Below, piece after piece: positions 1 through 10,726 of a stretch of 64,000 nucleotides of DNA. The position numbers and the translations under genes were made by a program. This stretch comes from Dicyema japonicum. Its lineage: Eukaryota > Animalia > Dicyemida. The first letter of the stretch is position 1; each line of letters starts with the position of its first letter. The stretch spans positions 741,304 through 805,303 of the forward strand of contig RDEW01000018.1 of NCBI GenBank assembly GCA_011109175.1, given 5' to 3'. Under the pieces are notes generated by a model. The model searched no databases, was not told the origin of the DNA, and was given only the letters and a program-made list of their open reading frames with translations.

Positions 1-304
1 TTAAAGGTGTCAGTCTTTCGCAAAATCAACATAATGAAAGCAAAGAAGGCAAAAATCTTTTTCATTGCAGACCATCTGAAAATGAGAGCTCTACAAATTT
101 ACAATCCAGGCCACTCAATGCCAATGCTATCCCCAAGACCGATGTCGTATGAAACAGATGCACGATTTTGTTTCCACATCACCCTGCAAAAACTCGATTA
201 TAACAAATTAACGCAACCCTATTTTTTAATTGACCAATCAGAATTCTTTCTACCGAAAGGCATTCGGGTTTGCCTACATTGTAGAAAACACTCCTCTCTG
301 TCAA

Positions 305-2249
305 CATATAAATCCCCTCTAGAGCGATTCCTCTCGGAACCGACAGAATTGTCCGGTATAGAGGGAAGGCCGGTATATTGAACAAGTCATTAAATTTACT
401 TATAACGAAAAAGTGAAACAGCAAAATTAATAGAAATCTGTCAATAAGGATTGTATTTAGCTTCGATTCAGCAATCGCTTTATTGTTCAGATAGATCAGT
501 CTGTTGACGGGAACGAGTAATGCAGGGTCTTGAGTGCAAGCAAAGTGGCAGATTTGGTATAGCATTTGTTGAACATTTGTGCGTGTTAATTTCTCTATAT
601 GTTTTGGCTCTGTTTGCTTATCAGAATCTGAGTCACTGTCATTATCTTCAGAAGCTGAGACTGCTTGGTATTGCTCATCTAGGGATGATTCCCAATCTTT
701 GGGATTTTCAGTGGGTAGTTCCAACTCTAAGTTGACAAATTCTTTTTCTGTCATTGGATTACTAGTCTATTCATGAGGGGTATAGTAAATTGTTTTCAGG
801 ATTGTCGTTTATATCACATATTTTGACCGGAATGCCACACTTATTAAAGCAGAGGGAGATTATGTTCGATTTCACGTCCATCCAAGATGTGCTAATCCAC
901 CGGATAGCATCCAAGAAAGAAATTTTTATTCCAAGTGGTGTCGCATTGGTTTCTGTGTCCTTTTTGGCAAGAAGTTGAGTCATTAGTAGTCTTATGTATC
1001 TTTCTTTAAATGACCGAATAATTCCTTGATCCAGAGGCTGTATGACACTCGTTGTGTTAGCTAGAAGAAATTTGAGTTTTACGTTGGAATATTTTACGTT
1101 TGGTGAATGTGATGCTGCATTATCCAAAAACATAATAATTTTTCGTTTCTGGCGATCATCTGCATGTTCACATCTTGCAACCATTTTGAAAACAATTTCG
1201 ATGTCATCCAGACTGTAACATTGGAACAGTAAATAACAGGTACCTCATTCAGATTAATATTCTTTAAATATCGGGGTTTTCGAGACTTGCCAATTACAAT
1301 TGGCTTTAGCTTTTCTCCTGTCGAACTGCATGCAAGCATTACAGTAAGACGTTCCTTCGACTTCTTTGATCCACTGTGATGATTACCTCTTACTGATAGT
1401 GTTTTATCAGGAAGGACACGATAGAATAGTCCGGTTTCGTCGCAGTTAAATATATCCTCTGGTCGATATCCTTCAATTAGAAAAGGTACACGTTCCATCC
1501 AGTCAGAAACAGCATCACTGTCAACATTTGCTTTTTCACCACTGATGCAGTACGACTGGATTGAGTAACGGGACTTCCACCTGCATAACTAGCCAGTGGA
1601 AGCTCTAAAATCATTTTCGCCCAGAGCTTTAGCGAACTCTGTAGCTTTTCCGATAATAATTGGTCCTGACAAACAAAAGTTTTTGGAACGTGCTATCTGG
1701 AGCCACTCTCAAGTGATTTTATTCAAATTTTCAAATTTGCAGTTGTTGTCAAAACGTTTTTTAGCAGAATTTTCGTTGTTATTGAATAATTCCAAATAAA
1801 TATCAGCCTTTTTAAGTATTTCTGATACAGTGCTGAATCCAACTCTATACTTCTTGCTGAGAAATTTTTGTGTCGGCTTAGGTGTTTAGTTCGATTCATT
1901 TATTTTTGAATTTTCTTCTTTAAAGACAATTCGCAACGTAATCGTTTTCTTTGCGGAGCTATCATTTTTTAGTTTTTGATTTTCTGTCGAGTTGTTCTCA
2001 ATATATATCTCTATCGTTGTTCGCATTTCAAGGTTAAAGAAGATTAATAGGATTAGATCAAAAATTGATGTCAGAAAGAAAATTCAAGTTGGGACCACAA
2101 AATAAGGCCGGTATTCGGAATAGAGGAGATCCGGTATATCGAAGATGAAATAGCAGTGATGGCCTATGAGGTGAACCGGGACCAGAAGTTTAGTCCGGTT
2201 TTAAGGGAATTCCGGTATACTGAGGAGTCAGTTTAGAGGGGTTTGACTG
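305..2249 (-). mobile_element. Tigger/pogo-family DNA transposon with frameshifted transposase
   Basis: Minus-strand ORFs 1094-1498 (IFNCDETGLFY...KERLTVML) and 771-1184 (FLDNAASH...QPLDQGIIRSFK) carry the pogo DDD motifs. Terminus CAGTCAAACCCCTC reads on the minus strand from 2249, with TA next to it. A degenerate partner end lies near 305. Confidence 0.88.
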
Positions 2250-2254
2250 TATTT

Positions 2255-2530
2255 GTTAGCTTTTTCCATTCTGCCACGTCTCGTAGCTTGTCTAGGTCTT
2301 CCTTGTCCATTAGGCATTTTCTAAATTTTTTATGGTTTTCATCACGGAAGGTCGGTAGGGTTGTCCTTGGTCGTCCAAAAAATCGTGGAGTGTCCAGAAC
2401 AAATTAGTCTCCCGTGGCTAGATTCGTAGGGGTACCCAGGTCCAGACGAAGTATATATATCAAATCAGCCTCATCTTCTTCAGGATTTCCCTGACATTGA
2501 ATGTCAAAGGGAGAAGTCTAGTCGTTAAAT
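2255..2530 (-). mobile_element. 3' fragment of RTE-like LINE
   Basis: Minus strand reads ...FFGRPRTTLPT..., matching the C-terminus of the other RTE-like copies (FRGRPRVTLPT). Confidence 0.6.
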
Positions 2531-2588
2531 TCCGTGTTTTCTTGGGACCATTAACAAAGCAAACGTTCTGGCATCCCATTTTGACCTT

Positions 2589-4190
2589 ATGTTCAACAAA
2601 CAGGACGCGGCTGACCAAGCAATGAAATCTCGGAAGTCTTACAAGTACACTCTAACTAGCCCTATTACCATATCCGAAACTCAACAAGCTATTAAAAAAT
2701 TAAATACCGGAAGATCTGCCGGACCAGACTTCATTACTGCAGAACTTTTACAATACGGCCCGGAGGAGCTAATTGAAATGATTACTAACATTTTCAACCG
2801 GTCTCTCGAGGGTGCAGATGAACTGGAACTGGGAAAAGGGTGGCTAATTCCACTACAAAAACCGGGAAAAAGTAAAGGCCCCCCTCACAACTTCAGACCT
2901 ATTATACTCCTAACCTCCATACGAAAAACATTATCCCTCATTGCTTTAAACCGAATAAAGGAGAGGGTGAACATATTTCTTTCGGACGGCCAAAGTGGAT
3001 TCCGGACGGGCAGGTCCACGGCTGACGTGGTGGGGGCACAGGTGGTATTGTGCCCTGTGCCAAAAATACAAAAAATCTATTGAGATACTTGGTATCGACA
3101 TGTCCCGTGCGTTCGACTCGGTGGACCGTGGAAAACTTATGGAAGTGTTGGAGAGTTTTCTACTGCCTGACGATGTCAAAATAATACACTTACTCATGCG
3201 GAACACTCAACTTGCCGTCAAAATTGGTGACTCTACCTCTAACTTTTTTTCGACCTCACGTGGAGTTCCACAGGGGGACTCACTATCCCGGTCCTCTTTA
3301 TTGTCTACCTGAGGCCGCACTAAGAGAGTTCAGACCCCTGGTTGGCAACAATTATAACGAGATAATCTACGCGGACGACCTGGACTTTGTTTCTGAGGAT
3401 ATTCAAGTACTTCAACACATGCTTAACGTTCTTCCACACGTATTCTCGAAATGGTTCTTAACCGTTAACACCGATAAAACAGAGTTCACAACACTTACAC
3501 GCAATGTCGAAGATCGGACGAGTCTTGGAGAAAGCAAAAGAAGGTGGGTTCGCTTCTCGGGACTCAGAAGATGTTTCTCGGAGGAAAATCCTCGCAATGT
3601 GTGCACTAAAGAAAGTATCGAATATGTGGGGTCATAAGAAGAGGATGGGATTAAACACCAAACTCAGAATATATAAGGCTTTTGTCATCCCCGTCCTGAC
3701 CTACAATTCAGGCACTTGGGAATCTCTAAACAAGAGATGGACCGTCTTGACGCTTTCCACAGGACACAATTGAAATCAGTAATCAAGATCAAGTGGCCTA
3801 AGAAGATCTCAAACAATGACCTCTACTCGAAGTGCAAATCTGGTATACTATCCGAGGAGATCTTCAGATCAAGATGGAGTCTCTTTGGACATATCTTACG
3901 TCTAAATGCTCAAGTACCCGCGAATATCGCCATGGAAAACTACCTAATGCATACGGGAGCCGGTTTCCGTGGAAGACCAAGAGTCACACTCCCAACTATT
4001 TTGAATGGAGACCTGTCGGCTGTGGGACTGAAGCTCACTTCCGCAGACGACCTAGATACCTTAAGGGAACTGGCACGAAGTAGAGGGTCCTGGAAAAGGC
4101 AGACAGAGAGGATGGCTAGAAATACGGCACAAGGGAGGCTTGATTAATTTTATGACTTCTCGGGAGTGCTTTAAATAAAAAATAATAATT
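2589..4190 (+). mobile_element. RTE-like non-LTR retrotransposon, 5'-truncated, frameshifted RT
   Basis: SAGPDFI, NFRPIILL, QSGFR, DMSRAFDSV, GVPQGDSLS, YADDL and LFGHILR motifs across ORFs 2589-4147; A/TAA-rich tail near 4170-4190. Confidence 0.92.
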
Positions 4191-4289
4191 TCTTGAAATA
4201 GTGTTCTAGAAACACTAGTGTTCAATTATTATTATAAGCACTAATCGCTATGTCATAGGACTTGACAAAGCATGTGCAACACGAGTTAG

Positions 4290-4815
4290 CAAATCACTGG
4301 TTAGTTTCATCCACTTCCTCCTATTCAAAGCCGCAGTGCGCAACCAGTCAAGATCCTCTCCACTTCCAAAATGCGTCCCATTTCTTTGAGGTCCTCATCG
4401 AGAACGACTGCCAGTGTCGCTCTTGGGCGACCACGGAAACGGGGGCCTCCAACATGAAGTAATCTCCATGGCTACGTTCGCGGGGGCATCTAAGTCCAGT
4501 CGCAGAATATGGCCGAAAAGCCTCTATCGTGTATCCAGAATCTCATTAGAAATTTTTGAGGTCTTCGTCGTCCTCTTATAAAGAAGATTAGATGACATCC
4601 TCGTATCACTTCTTTCGAACATCATATGCCGTAGTTGGTCTCTATGAAACGCATTAAGCCTCTTCAGTTCATTTCTTGAGCAGGCCCAGGTACCAGCGTT
4701 ATATAGTATTATGGGTTTCACTAGCGAGTTGTATAATCGAGTTTTTGTTATAATGTCAAGGCCCTTTTTGTGGAGCCAGGTGTTCTTTAATCTGGAGAGG
4801 GCAGTTTGTGCTAGT
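4290..4815 (-). mobile_element. RTE-like LINE C-terminal fragment
   Basis: KPIILYNAGTW...LNAFHR (ORF 4524-4721), followed by LFGHILRLD on the minus strand. Confidence 0.75.
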
Positions 4816-4924
4816 GTTCAATTAGTTCAAGCAAAAAATCTGCTTAAGGTGACAAAATGAAAAATTTTTTTAAAATATAAATAACCATTATAAATATATT
4901 TTTTTAATTGTTTTAAATAATAGC

Positions 4925-5875
4925 ATGTGTGACTTCAAAATAGATATATTGGTTATTAATATTAATAAATACAGCACAGGCTGGGGCATCTTCGGGATTT
5001 GTAATATCAGCTGGTTTATTTCCAATTGACACAATAAAGACTCGTCTTCAGTCTTCAAAGTCATTTACTCTCGCTGGTGGGTTTTCCAAACTATATTCTG
5101 GCTTTTCCGTTTCCGCCTTCAGTTCTGTAATTGATAGTAAATAATCTTCTTATTTAAGCTGCTATATTCTTCTCCATATATGGACTTGCCAAACGACACA
5201 TTTCTTCATCATTTACTGAGGGAGAGAACTTTTCTTGTTATATGCTTTCTCCACTATTGCTGAAACTGTATTCCCGTTTATCCACCCCAGTGTGCCTGCG
5301 TTGTGAGAGTTCCCTCTGAAGTGATCAAACAGAGACTTCAAATTAGTACTTCCCACAGTCTCGGCTATTTTATTAAAGACGCTTACAAAACTGATGTTTG
5401 GTTATTATATTACCACGAGGGTATTAAGGGATTCTATCGGGGATTCTGGATAACCTTACTTAGAGAACTTCCATTCATCCTCAGTCAGATGGTGTTCTAT
5501 GAGGAGGCCAAAAAGAAAATCTCTGGTCCCTTTATTTTGATAAATCAGATTCTTTTGAGCCCGATTCCCCATTTCTGTCTGTTTTGTGTGGAGGACTGGC
5601 TGGACTATTCTCAGCCACAATAACAACTCCCTTTGATGTGATTAAATCGAGGATTATGCTTGAGAAAGTATAATGTGATTGTCATGTAGATTGAGAGTGA
5701 GTCTAATCGTAAAATGTCCCTTAATGAATGTTTCAGATGCGTTTATAAAGAGAATGGTGTCCGTGGATTTTTTGCTGGAATTATACCACGTGTTGTTTTT
5801 ATTAGTTTTGGCGGAGTGTTGTTTTTTGGTGCTTATGAAAATTCTAGAATTGTTCTTAATAAATTATTTAATTAA
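4925..5875 (+). CDS. SLC25A26: Mitochondrial S-adenosylmethionine carrier (SLC25A26-like), 7 exons
   Basis: Spliced reading gives FPIDTIKTRLQ, RVPSEVIKQRLQ and TTPFDVIKSRIML (three PX[DE]XX[KR] repeats). Introns 4952-4979, 5137-5158, 5268-5290, 5396-5419, 5526-5548, 5668-5689. One apparent 1-nt deletion near 5250. Confidence 0.85.
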
Positions 5876-6532
5876 TAAATTTGTGTTTTATTAGTCGTTT
5901 GTTTTTTATGATTGATTGTTAGTATATATTTTATTGAGTCCTGTCATATACCAAGAAAAATACCCTAGATACGAGAAGACTCCGATATGGAGAGTGGATC
6001 AAGATGCTTGTCCCCGTAGGTTCCCTTGTCGGTCTGGGATATGCATACAGTTTTGGGTCTCTTGTGTTATTAATTTTAAAAACTATTATACATTGGGTGA
6101 TATTTTTATGCATAAAATTAGTCATTAATGAGGATTAGAAGAGTCATCGATCTACCACTTTTCTATTTTCTCAGATTAATTGCCTCACACATGTGTATCT
6201 TGGCTTTGAGGAGTTAACTGCCAATGATCTTTATTCCTTATCTCCTCATACAAATCAGTCATCTATACTCTTCCCCCAACCAATGTAGTGTCCTCATAAT
6301 ATCACATGTTAGTTCCACAAATCTGCTGCAAGAAGCGAAGAATTCAACCCTGGGACGTTAATCTGGAATTTTCTTAAGCACGACCAAACAGATAATTGAC
6401 TTGTCAAACTGATGAGATGTGCACTGCAAATACCCTCATCGCATAAATAATATATTCTAATTTATCGAAAATCAGTATCGAGATTATCAACAATAGTATA
6501 ATTAACAGTAAACGCAGTAAATACAATCATAA

Positions 6533-7425
6533 ATGCGTATTTTAAGTACAACACATCAGAGAGTTAGTGTTTTGCTTGGTCTCACTTGCATGATTGGCTT
6601 TATATTCATTGCATTACCAGTCCTCCCTGTAAATATGCTCATCGTCACTTCAATTGTACTCCAGTTGGGATATTTAGATTTACACAACAAACACTATTCT
6701 ATATTTATGCTTATATTTCAAGATATCCCTGTTTGACCACAGGACTTTTAATTTTTACAAAAATAGAGTAATTGACGAAAGTAATAAGAAAGACTTCTTT
6801 TACTGTTTATTTTGTGAACACCACGTGTATTTATTTTGGATATTTCAGACTTAATGGCTCTAAACACTGTCGAGTCTGCAAGACCTGTATTGTAGGGTTT
6901 GATCACCACTGCAGATGGCTGGGCACGTGCATTGGTGTCAGGATTTATCGGTATATGATTTTGTGAGTTATGTGAGGTCATATATTGTGTTTTTGACTTG
7001 TTTGTCGTTCGGGGGATTTTTCAGTCATCACTGTTGTTGATGGAATTGACAGTCTTCTTCCAAAATCGTGGTAATTCCAACATTTTGGGTATAAAATGTA
7101 TTAATGAGAGTCAAAAATGATAATCTGACAACCAACCTAACAACCCCCGATTTGTCTATTCGTATATATATTTGTGATTTGACAGGAGAGTACTTTTACT
7201 ATTCTGGACTAAGAATTTGTTGGATGAATGTTTATGACTTTTACTGGATATTGTGTAGTCTAATATTACTGTGTATTACATTTGTAATGACAACTCCAAT
7301 ATGCTCACTTTTGATATTCCACATATATCTTAGTTATAATATATTATAATATAGTTCACTATCATTTGTCCACTTATCAGTTTATCAAAACTCGTCATGG
7401 AATATGGACTTTCTTTCTCAAATAA
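6533..7425 (+). CDS. zDHHC palmitoyl-acyltransferase, multi-exon
   Basis: CLFCEHHV|[29 protein letters not shown] cysteine-rich DHHC domain, transmembrane segments and C-terminal FHIYL..STYQF (TTxE-like) motif. Tiny introns; one apparent extra G in the run at about 7011-7015. Confidence 0.85.
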
Positions 7426-7619
7426 ATATTATTATAGTAATAAAACGGTAGACGCTTTATAAGAGAACCACATTGAGCGTTAGACAGTTTCCAAGAAACC
7501 CTGTCTAATAAAATTACATAATTTAGCATTTTTATTAGTATTTTCCACCCCTCTATGATCTTCAGAAGGGTGGCCTATCAATTTCCACAGGGGGCTTCAT
7601 AAAATAGAACGTTCTAGAG

Positions 7620-8330
7620 CATGGGTGTCAAACTCATTTCGCTTCGAGGGTCGCATTTATAATAATTTCTCATCAAGGAAAGATTTATTTAAAACCAAGA
7701 ATAACAACAAAATAAAAGAAAGTGGGGGCCGTGAGTAAGCAGTCGCCTATTTCTTTCTTGGAGAGCCACACACTTCCTGTATGGATGAATCACTTTTCGG
7801 AAGATTAGTTGTGATATATTATTTTAAAGAATATATTTAATTATTATAATGAAAAACAAAAATAAAATAAACTTAATTTTGTAAGAGTTACTTTTCGAGG
7901 ATTGACATTTTTTCTGGATACATTTTTGATATGTTAGGCTTAGCTATTCGTGTAGTTCCGACTAAAGCGGATAAATTTTCACCAATGAGTCTAGTTCTTT
8001 GAGTAGTTTTTTTCAACTTCATAAATGAAAAAAGCTGTTCACACACATATGTCGAACCAAACATAGCAATGATTTTTGTCGCAAACTTTATATTTTTTAA
8101 ACTTTCAAGGAAGATATGAAAAAAGCAGGTATTCCAACCTTAAAATATTTATCTTTAAGTATTGAATCTGATTGGATTTTCAATCGTTCTTTTGTAAACT
8201 TTCGTGTGCATTGAAAAAATTAAAAGAGAATGATGCCGTGAATAATGAAAATTTTTGTTTAAAAGCATTAAATGTTTTTTGAAATTGCTTTAACAACGAT
8301 TCTACCTTTATTTCATACTAGAAAAAATCA
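7620..8330 (-). mobile_element. hAT (Charlie/Buster, GTF2IRD2-like) transposon 3' part
   Basis: Terminus CATGGGTGTCAAACTC at 7620 preceded by the nnnTAnnn site TTCTAGAG. Minus strand encodes IAMFGSTYVCEQLFSFMK (hAT dimerisation motif). Right boundary approximate. Confidence 0.75.
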
Positions 8331-8686
8331 TTACAGTATATACTTTTGAATTAATCAGATTTAGATTAAATTATAAGATATACAATTTAAATATCCCAAA
8401 ATATCACAATTCACTTGTTTATTTAAGATTAGAGTATATTTTTGAAATTTATCCATTTTCATCTTCTCACTAATAAATTTACAATTTGGTATATATAAAG
8501 TTGTGAACTCGTATTGAATAACAACAGATAATCAATATCCTTGGATCTTATGTTCTTCACTTCAAGCATATTTAATGAATTATACATTTTACTATTATTG
8601 TAACCAAGATAATGTTCGCCAGTAGGGAGGATCCTATCTTTAATTCAACAGTTTGAGATGGTTATCAGTTCCACAATACGTTAGAT

Positions 8687-10652
8687 CAGGGTTCTCAACC
8701 TTTTTTTGTTCGTCGACCCCTTGACTTTTTTTTCGACCCCCATATTATTTAATCGACCCCTTAAAACTTTTTTATTTAGAACAGACAATTCTAAGTAAAA
8801 TTAGTTAATTATCTAAAATAAATTCATTGTTAATAATCAAATCAAACAAAAAAAGTATATACTCGATGTTAAGTTGGTATCTTAGCATAAATCTATAATT
8901 AAAAAAAAAGAATTAAATAGCATTGGATCCCTGTGACTGATATATATATAACTTAATTTTTTTTAATATTTGAATAATTCTTTTACAATCTATTAACGTC
9001 ACATACTTTCCTGAAGTTCTAATGAAACTTATTAAATTTTCCAAAAATCCAAGTCAAATAAACAATTTCTTTTCTTTTTCGATACAATTAATCGAAGCAC
9101 TACGCGACCGATTCGCGTTTTATCCGATAGTGGTCGAGACAACTGGAGAATAAGTGGAAATCGCTTCGCTTCCTAAAGAAACTTGGACGCTTAGCTACAC
9201 TAAAAGCCACGACGCACGTGAGACCCGGTGGCTACTCCAGTTGATCTCTGTTGCAATAGTGAGAGGCAACGCAACGTCGATAATGTCGGCGGGGTCCACT
9301 TTGGATGGATGGCAGTTTTAAATATGATTTACTGGGGATAAATTAACTGATTTTTATATGGTTTAATTAAATCTGCTAAATTTTTATCACCCTCAGAAGT
9401 AAGAATTTACGATTGTGTCAAACAATATTGAAAACGTTCTAATGCATTTCCCTTTGATAACCATCGTACCTATAAAATAAAATTGGAAACTATAACCTCA
9501 GTGTGAATCACAAATACGGACATATGTTGTTTTAGCCTCAGCAAAATTTTCTGAAAAGACGGTCATAATTGCTGTTTGCTTTAATTTTGTTTATGGTTTT
9601 AATAACTATATTTAACGTTTCATGTAGAATTGGCGAAAGAGCTTTTGAAACCAAATGTTGTTTATGTAAAACGCAATGTATATGAATCACATTTGGACAT
9701 ATTTTTTTCAAATATGCCTTAAATTTTTTATATTTTCCAACCATAGACATTGCACCATCTGTGGCACAAGAAACTAAATTTTCATATGGAATCTTCTTCT
9801 CATCCAAAAATAATTTAACTACAAAAATAGAAAATCCAGTCGTATCAGTTTCCAAATATTTGACGAATAATAAATCTTCTGTAAGAAGAGCATGATCGTC
9901 AAAATATCTATATCGTAAGCTTCTAATAAGATTAACCTGACATATCCCATTAGAATTGATTGGTTATCACATATATGAATTTCGTCAATTTGAAGCGAAA
10001 AAAATAGTATTTTTAAGCCTTTCGCATAAAATATGTTCAACATTATCTGACATTTCGTCAATCCTGCGGCGAATTGAATCATTGGAACTCTCATTTTTTG
10101 CAATAATCATTGCAATTTTATAGGATGCAATTAGTCCTCCTAAATATAATTTAAAATAACAACAACTATTGTTTCTTTCACTACTATTCGTAAAAACAGT
10201 GTCAATCGTTTTTTGTTTACGAAAAGAATCTTTAATTCTTCAAATACTCTAATGGTTTATCTTTTTTATCCGAATGTTTTCTCCTAAGATGATCCAACAA
10301 TTTGGACGGTTTCATTGCATCATTTGATAATGACTTATTACACAGTAAACAATGTGGTCTATTATCAAAAAGATTTTTTTATAAATCCAAATGCCAAATA
10401 TTCATTTTTATATTGACGAATTTTTAATGTAGAGGACGACTCATACACGAACAAAAACAAGCTGGTAATTTTAAAAATTTTAAAGAAAAGGTTTTCCACT
10501 TTTAAAATAAACTAACTTAATTTAAATTGAAAAAGATTAAATATATTAAATTTATTTTCGACCCCCAAATATTTCATTTTCGACCCCCTTACGATCGATC
10601 TGGATTGATTTTAGACCCCTGGGGTCGAATCGACCCAGGTTGAGAACCCCTG
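8687..10652 (-). mobile_element. hAT/Buster (ZBED5/SCAND3-like) transposon with both TIRs and 8-bp TSD; transposase decayed
   Basis: TIRs CAGGGTTCTCAACC / GGTTGAGAACCCCTG; TSD CGTTAGAT at 8679-8686 and 10653-10660; FSLQIDE, ATDGAMSM and IHCVLH motifs; subterminal CGACCCC repeats. Confidence 0.93.
9095..9350 (+). mobile_element. 3' end of CRE-like (RLE) non-LTR retrotransposon nested in the hAT
   Basis: FYPIVVETTG...RWLLQLISVAIVRGNA matches the RLE C-terminus at 28569-28880; a near-identical inverted copy lies at 21742-21873. Confidence 0.7.
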
Positions 10653-10726
10653 CGTTAGATTATAGAGTTTTAAGAAGTCAGATATGTCAATAAAATTGTT
10701 AGTGTTAAAGGTTATTTTTTAAATTG

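Noticed and set aside
6748-6981. Repeated minus-strand [12 protein letters not shown] (also 14746-15027)
   Set aside because: Antisense shadow of the duplicated zDHHC exon.
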